Position numbers and translations under genes: made by a program | The notes under the pieces: model-generated | What the model was told of the DNA's origin: nothing | What the model saw: the letters and a program-made list of their open reading frames with translations, nothing else | Database searches by the model: none | Shown: piece by piece, positions 42,101-53,878 of the stretch | Layout of the letters: each line of letters starts with the position of its first letter | How positions within the stretch are numbered: position 1 is the first letter of the stretch | Assembly (NCBI GenBank): GCA_051362555.1 | Contig: CM120645.1 | Coordinates: forward strand, 20,088,001 to 20,152,000 | DNA: 64,000 bases | Direction: 5' to 3' | Source: Lingula anatina | Lineage: Eukaryota; Animalia; Brachiopoda

Positions 42101-43741
42101 TTGATAAAACTAGAGCCAGTAAGCTTAAAACAGCAGACTAAGAGACCATTCCCACAGATATTTAGATCGATCTATCCCACTGGGGAGTCTCACTAAATTG
42201 CTGTCAACTTGGCCGGCTTAAATGCCTGTCACGCCTAGTAAAGCTGTTAGGGGGTAATTATCTTTACCCTAGCTGATTCGGTAGGCATGACAGACATTTA
42301 AGCCTCTTGAGCTGACAGCAATTTAGCATGAAACCTCAGGGAGTTAGGTCAATCCAGATGGATCGATCTAAATTTGTGGGAATACAGTCTAACAGATCCG
42401 TAGATCCAATATGGCGACCCACTTAAAAGCTTGCTGTTTAATTCCCGATTATAATAGATACTGAATAGATTCCCCGCGGGAATTACACAACAAGCATTCA
42501 AGTGGATCAACCATATTTGATCCGTGGATCTGCCATTCTGCTGTACATTCTGAATGCACTCTAAGAGAGACTTTTATCCCTTCGAAATGTGTCTAGATGT
42601 CTCAATATATACATATGTTAATGGTAAAATGTAAGACTGGGTTCCCATGCCTAGATCGATCCTTCTGGATCCAACTATCTCCCTGGGGAGTCTCACTAAA
42701 TCGCTGTCAGCTTAACTAGCTCAATTGTCTTTCACACCTACTGAATCAGTTAGGGTAAAGATAATTACCCCCCTAACAGCGTTACTAAACGTGACAGACA
42801 TTTAAGCTGGTCAAGTTGACAGCAATTTAGTGAGACTCCCCAGGGAGATAGATTGATCCAAATATTTGTGGGAATGGTCCCTAAGACCCTGGCTTACCTT
42901 TGCACTGTCCTTGATACCTTTGATAAAATGGAATATCGAGCCTCCTATCACTCCCAGAGAAAATGCTCCACCACAATCATCTACTATACGATACGGACTG
43001 GAAAAGATAAAAGACAATATACAACAGAAAACAGAAAAAAAAAATCACCAGTTCATAGCATTTTCAAATACCAATAAAATCCTGTTCTGATATGCACTGC
43101 CCATATGCAAAGCGACTGTGAAAGGAAACATTGATAATGTCTTTCATAAATTATAGGCGTACAGAGCACCTTTTACTTTGATGTGACAATATGAGACTGG
43201 GCAGTGTCTTCTTAGGCACAGCTAAACAAAAAATAGTAAACTACTGCCAGTTATCTGCCTTAAATCCGCCACTGCACAAAGGGTCCTTTCAGTCATTATT
43301 GAGTCCGACCTATATCAACCACAACCTCACCGGTCCAACCTCACAAGTGAGGCACGAACAACTCCCTTGGTAACGTATGACTCGAAGTCAATGAAACAAG
43401 CAGTTGTTGTTAATACGAATAGAGGTCTATAGAGATCATCTATATTTGACTAAATACGATGTGCCACAGTTTCTGTCCAATCTAGCAGTCACTAATCGAA
43501 ATTGGCATTGAAATTGCATCACTGCTAAAAACTTCACCAAATCACGAACAGTACCATGGGGTAGAAATCGATGCTACAATAATACTGTTTTAAGAACTTT
43601 AAAAAATATTAACACAATATGAAGCAAAGTAAAGTAGTTGATGTTTAAAGATATTTGTTTTTCCATCACATTGTCATATACCACTGATAAAATAAATGCA
43701 GTTTAAAGGACTCACCAAGGTTCACGTGTGTATTCGTCCAT
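39189..43741 (-). CDS. TIMM17: Mitochondrial import inner membrane translocase subunit Tim17, ~177 aa
   Basis: Exons 43716-43741 (MDEYTREPC), 42898-42997 ([19 protein letters not shown]), 41511-41568, 40606-40734 ([25 protein letters not shown]), 40068-40103 ([11 protein letters not shown]), 39652-39726 ([10 protein letters not shown]), 39189-39298 (..EKEFQ*). GT-AG introns, phases match, 534 nt total. Confidence 0.95.
42142..42389. mobile_element. MITE family A, copy 3
   Basis: TAA-flanked; contains TAGATCGATCTA..GGGGAGTCTCACTA..GGGGTAATTA shared with the other copies. Confidence 0.8.
42635..42881. mobile_element. MITE family A, copy 4 (inverted relative to copy 3)
   Basis: TAA-flanked; its reverse complement aligns with copy 3 over most of its length. 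Confidence 0.8.
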
Positions 43742-43912
43742 GATGTTTCCTGATGCTCACTCAACAACTGCGCATTATACAACTTTCCCAGAATGCATCA
43801 AATATCGACCTTGACCTTTGTGTAAATTATCCCGCGGTATTTGTGATTACTGATTTTATTTTACGCTCGAGTAAAAACCAAACGGCATTTTTGTTGAGTT
43901 TATGAAGTCGTT
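43742..43912. promoter_or_regulatory. Bidirectional promoter TIMM17/RAD18
   Basis: 171 bp between divergent ATGs. Contains TTCCCAGAATGCA (43785-43797, ZNF143/Staf-like), GACCTTGACCTTTG (43807-43820, nuclear-receptor/ERR-like), TGCGCA (43769-43774) and ATCCCGCG (43829-43836, E2F-like). Confidence 0.7.
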
Positions 43913-44251
43913 ATGTCAGTTTTAAATAGCGAGTATCCTGATCCAAGCGACTGGCCTGAGGATTTCGAAGAAGTTAAGGTACGAGTGGTAATGTTTTGGG
44001 TGACGGGTGAGCACTTACGCACATACTCCGCACATGAATCCATGACAATCAACTGGCACCTTTTGGGAAAGCCAATTTTCATAGCAGTACTATACTGTAA
44101 AAATTTTTATAGAGTAGACTCATGCAGTGTTGAGATAACAACCTTAACTGTACTCTCTATGTATGTTTTTTGTTGCTGTTTTAACATTAAAAAAGTATTT
44201 AAATAACATTTTGTTGTAAACGTTGTTGTTGTTGTTGCTGTTATTTAATAA

Positions 44252-44296
<45 letters not shown>

Positions 44297-46575
44297 CATA
44301 AGTAGCACTACTAGTAGTAGTATTAATGTAATTAAGTGTAGTTCTAAGCTTCTAAGCTTTATTATGTTGTCCTTTGTATATCTATCATTGATTGTACCAA
44401 AAATGCTAATTTGAGGGGGAATGCACAGCCAATAAACTACTGTATACCTTGATAAGCCAAAGAGTAAATCATTTAAAAATAGATAAAGAAAGGAAAGGCT
44501 TAACCTGTTATGCTCTAATTTGGAATGCCCTCACTGTAACAAAAAGGTAAAAAATAATTCAAAGTTGCACTCGCATGGTCATATGATTTTAAAAATAGTT
44601 CATATTTATCAAGACACATTTGACTAATTTAAGCTACATGGTCTTTAACATACATTTATGTCAAGAAATCTTCATAATATAAAATCACATGAACCCTGAT
44701 TTTATCAATACAAAGATTTTCTCTTATTTTTCAAGGGCTTGGAGACTCTTCTGCGCTGTCCAATATGCTTTGACTACCTGAACACAGCTATGATTATCCC
44801 TGAGTGCTCACATAACTGTAAGAACACAAAAATACAGTGGAAAGTACAGGAAGAGTAGGGCCCGTAACTCAATAGCATCGCGTATTGCGAGTAGTGACAT
44901 CACATAGAGGCTACAGTTTTTTTATATGGGGCTAATATGGGCAAGTTGTGGAATCGAGATGCTTGCGTTCGGTCGCAATGCGTGATGCTTTCGAGTTACG
45001 GGGGGCCAGGCCTGTTGCCATCAATTAAAAAGTGCTGGGGGGGGGGGGGGGGGGGGGGGGAGGGCTCAAAAATTGGACCCTTTCATTCCGTTAGTGAACC
45101 AACATGAGAAATGACATAGAATCAAGATCAAAATTTGGTTCAGAATTGGCCATTTCTGGCCCTAAAGATGTTTCTTTTGAAATTCCACCCTCACCACACT
45201 CTATCCCCTGCCAATGGTCCTGAAGTGTTCTGTAAATCTTAAGAATAAAGAATGGGTATTCATTTGATTTTTGTTGCAGTTGCTTCCAGTATATAAAGAA
45301 ATTTAATTTCATGTCTAGTCAGGCCACAGGTTGGGAAGCTCAGCAATGTATTTTAAACCTTTATTTATTTATTTTTTTATTATTATATTTTTATATTGTA
45401 TATTTATATTATATATTAAAGAGATATATTTGTACCCATTTTAGGACAATGGATTTGACATTATTTCTTTCTTTTTTTCAATTTTTTATTACTTTTCAAA
45501 ATATTTTTCAGATTGTTCTTTGTGTATAAGAAGATTCATTAATTACAAAACACAGTGCCCAACTTGTTCCACAGTAAGTAAAAATTGGCCAGCATTGATG
45601 TACTTCTATGTACACTGACCCTAATCTCATGCAAAATGTCAGTAAAATCGAAGTTGGTGAAATACAAAATGAGTTATTAATTAGTCTTGTAACATTGCAA
45701 TCTAAACTGTATAATGTTGCCACAAGCAATAGCATTAAAGCATATTCACTGTTAATTCCTGAATGCCTTTTTCATTTTACTTTTTTTTATAAGAGTCAAT
45801 ATTTTTTATTACTCATAGAAATGTGCTTTCTCACATGAAGCCAACTAACTATTCAAAGCTCTTAAAACAAAGTATTTTTAAACACTGCATTAATGTCATT
45901 TTTATGTTGAATGACAAAGCAGTGCAATGGTACACCTTACGTTCATGGACTTAATACGTATAAAAACAATGTTGGATTTGCTTTTGTTTAGTGGCAGTCT
46001 GTAGTTTTCGTTATAATTACGCCTGCTGCAGTATGTTCATTATCAGTCAATGTTAAAGACATACATTAGATAGTTATATATGAATTGATTTATTTGTTTC
46101 ATTTAAGCCTGTGTCTGAGCGCGAGTTAAGGAATAACAGGCTACTGGACGATATTGTTAAGAAGTTCTTGGCAGCAAGGTAGGTACTAGAATTACAACTT
46201 GTATCCAACAATTCTATTATGCTTTGAGAAGAAACTGTTAAGTTCATAACTTCTTAAAAAGTATCTTTATTTGTTGCTCTCTGTTAGTTCTCCTAACTCA
46301 GTCGATGGTACCTATCCAAGAGGCGGTAATACCGCTCTGATCATTTACTTACACCTTAAAAAAATTGAATTTGACATATCAAATAATAAGCATTGAAATA
46401 AGCATTGAAATCGTATATTTTTAAACAGAATTTAATAATAGTTTAATTTTTTCTGCATCAGATATTTTATAATAGTATTACTGTAATTATTTCTCTTTGT
46501 TGTTATTTTTTTAGTATTTTATTTATCTTTATGCTGTGCATAGTACTGTGACGAGTGCAGAGCCGGTTTTGAGGA

Positions 46576-46614
<39 letters not shown>

Positions 46615-49600
46615 AATTTTCCCATTAGGTCAAGACTTTTGCAGAGTGCCAGATCTCTGAAACCATGCTCTAAAGATGACCAGGTCCAGTCCCCCTCCAC
46701 AAGCCAGGTGGCCACCTCTGGAATGCTGCTAGGGTCTATTAAAAGTCAACTCCCTGTGGTCAAGCATTGTCCAGTTCCTAAAGGGGAGAAGTCAGAGATC
46801 AAAGACTGGACAAAGTCAAAAATGTCAAATGTGAAAAACAAGGAAGATAAGGTACAGTTTTTCTAGGTTATAAAAAATAAGTGTTACAGTATAAAAATTA
46901 TGAATTTATTCTTAATAAAGAGAGAATGTTGTGTGAATTGCAAAGTCTCACAAACAATGCAAAACATACACTGTAGGTGTCATACACTGTAGGTGGTAAA
47001 TTGTATATATGCACTGTAACAGACATGTATGATTTAAAGTGATAAATATAAATATGCTAATAGTATGTTGTATGACATTTGTCATTTATATCCACATTTT
47101 ACTAAATCACTCTTTCTGTTTTGAAGTCCACTAAGGGAAAATCCAAAAACAGTGTATCAAGAACTCTGCATTCCTTTTACAACTCACCAGGAAAGAGTAA
47201 AGTGGCACCACCTATGGAGGATGTAGGTGACAGCGATGTCATCATATGCGACAGCGAAAATGAAAGTATGGAAGTGACAGAGGACAAAGTGACCACTAGG
47301 AGAGATAAACTAGAATGTACGTTTTTTTATTTGAAGAATTTATTTGAAATTTTGAAAAATACCCAAAATTGACATTTTATATGTAGATTATGTGCACTAT
47401 AGTCTTTTTTTAATCAATGATTATCTTGATTTTTGTCACAGTAGACTCTATATGTAATAGCTAAGTCTGTAACAAATGTATTTGCTTATGTGCTGAAAAA
47501 TATCAGTAAATGAGAAAAATGAAACTGATAGTTACATCGTATTGGGTGAGAATTTCATATTTATTGTCATCTTGTAAGGTGGTAGCATTTTAAGCATGCT
47601 GTTTACCAAGTGATATGTGAAAAATGTAGGGAAAAGATTAAGAGCAGGCAGTCAAATTATATCTGAGGAGACTTACAATGTCCTTAATTTTCTCATTAGA
47701 CCATAGTCCTGAGAATCCAGATACACCAATAAATAAAACACCAGGAAGCAGCAAACCTGACAAAGGTGCAGATTTTCTTGCTTTAAGTTCTGCCACAGGG
47801 GGCACCACAAGTACCCCTGAAAGAAAACCGGAGGACACAGGTAAGTTTGTGAGATTTTTGAATGAATGAAATATCCATGAAAATAACAATTTTAAGTGTT
47901 TGATACTATTGTGGGAGCTTACAGTTACAATTGTTTTTTAAAGGTGTTTTTAATCTACTCAAAATATGAAAGATATTATGTTACCATTAATATATAGAAA
48001 AGGAAAGTCTTGTGGAGGGAATCACAGAATTCAGATCTAATAATATGTGAAATGTTAAAAGCTTGATTTGAATGTGGACTTTGGATTCCGAACTAGAAAG
48101 TTTGTCCAAGTAATGTGAAGCTTCCTGCTGGTCAGTGTTCACTATTAAGTTTCAGCTAATACCAAAGAAAATTCATTTTCACAAAGTTTGTTCAAGTCAA
48201 GATATCACAATCATAATTTGAGGTAAAAGATAATGAATTGTGTGTATTTCTTACAATAATACTTTATTTTATTTCTCAGAGATCTAAATAATTCGTTGCA
48301 TGTATGATGAATTATTTACGCTGATTCTGTGATCAATATTCTCCTCAGTGGACTGTCCAGTTTGTGGAGTAGCCATTAAGCAGAGGAACATCAACCTCCA
48401 TCTTGACCAGTGTCTAAACAGGAGTGAAAAAAAGGAGGCTCTCAGAAGGTATCCCCCACCCCCCATAAAAAAAGAATACTTAGTTCATTTATGAATTAGG
48501 TAATTAAATATAATAATCATGATAAACTTCTGTATCAAGGAGGTAAAAAAAGCAAGGGCTGTTCCTGCGCATGACCATTTACCTGCAAACTTTGAGAGAA
48601 ATGTTATGCCCATTCGAGATCAAAAATGTAAGTTGTTTATATCAATATACTTTAATATAAATTTATATAGGAGCCTAGATTTAATCCGTTTGATTGCTTG
48701 GCCCCTGCAGGCCAGGTGCGTGTGGTAGGTGGGGTCAAGTGGGGTCAGCCTTACACTTGTTTACCAAGACTATATATTTACTTATTTTTTATTCAGACAT
48801 GCTGAAAATTTTTCAGAATGGCCGGACATTTGGACCAGCAGTAATGAAAAATTTGCTGGACCGAATTGATTTTTGTCAGACCGAAAATCACCCTATTCGT
48901 TTTAGACAGATACTACCAGTACGATTAGGGTAGCTTACTTTGTTTGTGAATGTGATAGTTTTGAAATGGAAGGGAAAAATGCTTTGGGCTTTATATAATT
49001 TTATTAGTGAAGTATGACTGTTAATTCAAAATTGCGGTTCTTAAAACTCTTGTCGGTCCTGTGGACCGACCAAGTCCAATTTTCTACCGGTCCAGACAAA
49101 TTTTCCCGGTCATGACCGATCGGACCGACAGTTTCAGCATGTCTGTTTATTTATTTTTTTTTATTTCATTTTATTTATTTTATTTTATTTCATTTCATTT
49201 CATTTCATTTCATTTCATTTCATTTCATTTCATTTCATTTCATTTCATTTTATTTTATTTTATTTTATTTTCAGTTCTAAGCCTCAGAAAAGGAAACAAA
49301 TGGCAAAACTGGTGTATAACTTGATGTCAGACAAAGACATCAGAAAGAAATTAAAAGATATAGGGCTACCATCACAGGGAGACAGGCAGGTTAGATTGTT
49401 GCTCCTTATTCAAATTATTATTGCATCAAACTGTAATTTTTGTTATCACTATCATTTCAGTTATCACGTAGGAATGAAAGTTATTCACAAAAAAAAAATG
49501 GGTGTTGTATTTATACCCCCAGGGCCCCAACCCCTCCATACAGAGCTGCCCTTTGGTGCCTGCATTTTAAAGATTTAAAAGGCCTTCTGTCATAGCTGAT

Positions 49601-52600
49601 CACAAATTTGAACAATTAGTGGTAAAGATGAGAGCCACATTGCACCCCATTCTCATAGATTAGATTGACCTACATTGGATCGACCTAACTCCCTGGGGGT
49701 TCACGCTAAATAGCTGTCAGCCGGGCGGACACGAAAGTTAATTACCCCTTAAAGCTTGTAGTAGGCGGGGACGGACACTTAAGGCGGATTATCTGACAGT
49801 AATCTAGTGAGACTCCCCGCGGTGATAGATCGATCTAAAAGTTGTGAGAACAGAGCCTTAGACACAACATATAATGTGATTAGATTTTAACTGACAAAGC
49901 ATTATATGTAAATACACAGTGGTAAATATCACATCAAACACAATCAGGGGACTGTTTCACAAAAAGAGCATATTGTTGAAAATTGGTCTGAACTTTCAAA
50001 ACCCCAATATTTGGTTTACATTAGATTGAGATAAATTTGTTTTACCCATTAATTAAGTATTGGTCTGTAACAGTTGCTATGTTTTTCTTTTAATAAAGCA
50101 GGGCTAAGTTATGTATCATTTAATTGGATTAGTAGTAAATTTCAAAGCAGACTAATTTTTTTGTGACAATTTCAGACCAAAGTTTGTTTTTGAAACCAGC
50201 ATCAGCTGTTACACCCAAACAAATAAGTTGTCACATCCAATGCAATCAGCTGTCATACCCAACACAACAGTTGTCACAACCAACACAATCAGTTGTCACA
50301 CCTAACACAACAGTTGTCACACTGAGTCAAATTTGCTAAAACATTAAACATAGTAAAATTACCCTTATGATCTTTGCTAATGTTTTTCAGACACTAATTA
50401 AGAGGCATCAAGAGTTCACAATGCTATATAACTCACAGTGCGACTCACTGAACCCAAAGTCAGGTAGGCAGTATCCACCAGGCAAACTGGGATAATGTAC
50501 TATTATAATTGTATTAGAATCTCTTTTATTCACCTAGTTAACTGTAGTAATAAGATGGATGGTAGAATGGCTGTCAGCTTTCTTTGGAAGTAAGTAAACA
50601 GAACATGAGAAAACCATCTACAGAATAGAGCATTTACTGCCAGAAAAGCTATTAGATTCTGTGCCAAAACCTTTTTGGCCAACTGGCAAGCGAGGCTTTT
50701 AAATCTACTGGTCCCAGTGAGAAACAGTGGCCAGAAACTCTACAAACTGACGCTATTGAACTGGCTTGATTTGATTGTTACTGGCATTTTGCTTGTGTTA
50801 ATGAAGTATAGTGTTATTATTTTCAGCTCAGGAGATTATAAAAGACATGGAAAGACACGAACGTACCAAAAGCAAACTTGCCCTAACAGCAAGCACACAA
50901 ACTGTGAGTACCCTTTTTTTCATCTTTGTTATTTTTTCCTTGAGAAATTAATGTGAAAATTCAGATAATGTGCCAGAGAAAAGCGAATAATGAAACATAA
51001 AAAGGAAAGTTTACTCTGTGAAGAACATATAAGAAGGTGAAGTGTGTAATTTTCTTATAAAATTCATCAGTGACAGTGCTTCTGACTGAAACTGTTAACC
51101 CAATCATAAAAGTTGTTTCTTTTTAAAATATATTTCTTTAAATATTTATTTATTTTCAGAGACTGGCCTTTGAAAAGGGAGACTCTGCAGAAAATGTGGA
51201 AAAAGCTCAAAAGGAGTATGGTAAGACAGAGCATTTGTGCCTACTTCATCACCGTCTAGGTGCAATAACTTTGAGGCACTTTAGACTTTTTTGTAGCAAA
51301 GTATAAAACTTCCCAGTAAATATTTCCACTTTTTCCCCCTAATCACTAAGACATACCTTAAACAATGACCAAGCTATGATCTATGAATATTTTTTTGCAG
51401 TTTAACTATAGCTTGCTTAAAAACTTTTGTTAGACATGAAAATTCATTTTAAGGCTTAATAACGAAGAGCTTTTCCATTTATTTTCAGTCAAGAAACATA
51501 AATCTCAGTTTGATGATCTCATTGCCAAGGCCAAGGCTAACATGAAAAAGAAGAAAGCTGAAAAAGAAGCCTCATCAGCCAGTCGTACTGTTACAACTAG
51601 CAATGTACCTGAAGGGACATCATCAACAATAACAAGTAATGACACACTAGATGTAGATTCTTTGACCTCCATGACCTCTATGACCTCTGTGACCCTCATG
51701 ACCTCTGTGACCTCCATGACATCTGCAACCTCCATCACTACTGCCACTCCTGCAACAAGTGATTCATTGTCATATGGACATCAGTATTCAGATAAGGATG
51801 TAAAGGGAACAAAAATATCATTTGTGAAAGGAATTCAAAAGACAAAAGATTCAGATTTGTCTACTGATGCAACTGTGACAAAGACAAACTCATTACTAGC
51901 ACAAGAGGAAAAGGAAAATGTGCTTAAAATTGGAAAAGTGGAAGATTTTAATAGTTCAAGGACATCTAATATCCTTGATGGTTCAATAACCCCACCTCTC
52001 ATTGACTCAGACCCAGAAGAAGAAATTGATGGAGACGAGGACAGAACCCTTGGATTTGACCCCAATGTCAGTGTCAATAGCAACCGTGTATTTGGTGGTG
52101 AAAACCCAAGTGCACCCCTTGCCACTGGTGTTGTAGACCCTAATGCACTCCTTGCCATTGGTGCTGTGGACCCCACTGGCAGCTGTCCGTCAAATCGAAG
52201 TCCTGCTGCCAGTAGCACGGATGATTTGATTGACAATATCGTGAATAGTCCTCCGGTCACAAATGTGGACTACATCGATATGCTGGTGAATGGCAATGTT
52301 GATGTTGGCGAGGTTGATGACAGTATTGATAATTTATCCAGATCTCCAATTTTGCATGGGGAAGGCTCTCCTGTGTTTGAGAGCATAGAACGAAGTGGTG
52401 ATGGAGATGGTGTGAAGGATTGTCTTGACAGTTCTCCCATATTTGAAGGAAACAATGCTATAAAGTTCAAGGATCATGCTGACGGAAAAGGTAATGTGGA
52501 AGCAAGTGCAAGTAAACTGATTGGAACCAAGTCTAATGTTGAAAATGGATGTGACTTTAAATCAGGTTCTGGTGTATTTGAAAGAAATTTTGTTTCAGAA

Positions 52601-53878
52601 ACAAACCTTGGTCAAAATCAAGATCTCCAGGTTAGAACAGTGAGTAGGAATACAGATTTGAAAGATGCATATCCTGATAATGACACAAATGTTAAATCTC
52701 GTGATGTACACCAGAAAGATGAGGAATTTGGAAACTTTAATCTCCTTGACTCCAGTCCTTTTTTCCAGTCACTTGGAGGATCTGACAATAATAGTAACAC
52801 TTTGAAAAATACAGTAAGAGAAGGTGAGACTTAACACCTTAAATTCTTAATTGTGTGCATTTAATTGTTTGGAAAAATGCTTGTGTTACAAGGATTCATA
52901 AAACTGTTGATATTGTGTCAGAATCTTTATGATACAAAATTAGAAACAATTACATTAGTTAAGAAGTGTAAATGTTCCTCTTTCTGTCATGGCTTTAAGT
53001 GAATGTTCTTTTGAATATAAAATACTACTTATATCATAGTCACGTGGTGTGAACTCATTGATTTGAATTTATATTTGTTATTCGGTTTTCACTTTTTTTG
53101 TTAGACAAACAGGAAAGAAACATGGATGACATAAGCCTCTCTGGTACCAGTGATAATTCTAACCAGTCAGAGTCATTGCTTCCATCTTCTTACATCCAAT
53201 CTGCCCAGCCTGAGCAGGATTTATGGGCCAGCCAGGGATCAAGGTCATCTACTGGGTCAAGGTCATCAGCAGGGTCAAGGTCATCTAATAGATCAAAGAC
53301 TTCTGTTGAAGTTGATTCAACATTTCAATCTGCAGTCACTGAGGAAACTGTTAGGAGGTCAAAGAGGGGAAGAAAACGGTGAGTTGTTGTGCCGTAGAAA
53401 ATTATATGGACTCTTATTTGTTTCCAAACCATCTAATTCATTTTGAATGTAGTCTTATGTCCATGTTTCCAGCAATGATAGTTATTCATCAGAATTAAAG
53501 GTTTAATCTTCCTCTATTGTTTACTTATTAATTAACATTTTACCTCTTACAACCGAGAAAAAAAGAAAAAGAACTGCCTTATTTGAATCACAATAAAGGA
53601 TACAAGTATGTTTTCAGACAAAATATTGGTCAGTAGCTTCAAAAGTATACCTTTTACCTCAGTAAAGTTATATGAGACATCAGAAAGCAGTAATTAAACC
53701 AAAAGCACGACATTGTTTACTGGTGATTATGTGAGAACCTTGCTTTTACAGATCTGTAGACACACACCCTGATTCTGCCAAGTCGACAGGGAGAAGAGGA
53801 AAGAGAAAGCAGCCCGCAGTGCCTGAGCTTAGTCCAGAACCAAATCAAACAAGAAAACTGAGAAAAAGGACAAAATGA
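43913..53878 (+). CDS. RAD18: E3 ubiquitin ligase RAD18 (RING, UBZ4, SAP, RAD6-binding helix, long acidic tail), ~998 aa
   Basis: Exons 43913-43978, 44736-44817 (LLRCPICFDYL..CSHN), 45512-45573 (YCSLCIRRF..CPTC), 46108-46178 (LRNNRLLDDIV), 46629-46851, 47127-47316, 47700-47840, 48349-48448 (UBZ: CPVC..INLHLDQCL), 49275-49389 (SAP: KLVYNLMSDKDIRKKLKDIGL), 50391-50463 (LIKRHQEF..YNSQCDS), 50827-50903, 51160-51220, 51489-52823 (KHKSQFDDLIAKAK...), 53105-53378, 53752-53878 (basic end, TGA). Total 2997 nt in frame. Confidence 0.92.
44858..45010. mobile_element. MITE family B, copy 2 (opposite orientation)
   Basis: GGCCCGTAACTC..GCATCGCG / GCGTGATGCTTTCGAGTTACGGG; the interior reverse complement matches 8124-8180. 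Confidence 0.75.
48794..49145. mobile_element. Non-autonomous DNA transposon (MITE) in RAD18 intron 8
   Basis: Perfect 14-bp TIRs CAGACATGCTGAAA / TTTCAGCATGTCTG, subterminal GGACCG repeats, TTTATT on both flanks. Confidence 0.75.
49146..49272. repeat. (TTTCA/TTTTA)n pentanucleotide repeat forming the pyrimidine tract of RAD18 exon 9
   Basis: Directly visible; abuts the acceptor at 49273-49274. Confidence 0.9.
49642..49857. mobile_element. MITE family A, copy 5
   Basis: Internally near-identical to copy 1 (CTCCCTGGGGGTTCACGCTAAATAGCTGTCAGCCGGGCGGACACGAAAGTTAATTACCCCTT); ends GAGCC|TTA. Confidence 0.8.
50203..50322. repeat. ~22-bp minisatellite CAGTTGTCACACCTAACACAA
   Basis: About five degenerate tandem units in RAD18 intron 9. 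Confidence 0.8.

Noticed and set aside
48449-49274. Possible U12-type intron in RAD18 (donor GTATCCCC)
   Set aside because: It deviates from GTATCCTT, has no TCCTTAAC branch site near the acceptor, and has a normal U2 pyrimidine tract.
50203-50322. CRISPR-like repeat array
   Set aside because: Tandem units without unique spacers, in a eukaryotic intron, with no cas genes.
51505-52800. Antisense ORFs opposite the large RAD18 exon
   Set aside because: Shadow frames of a long coding exon with no independent evidence.
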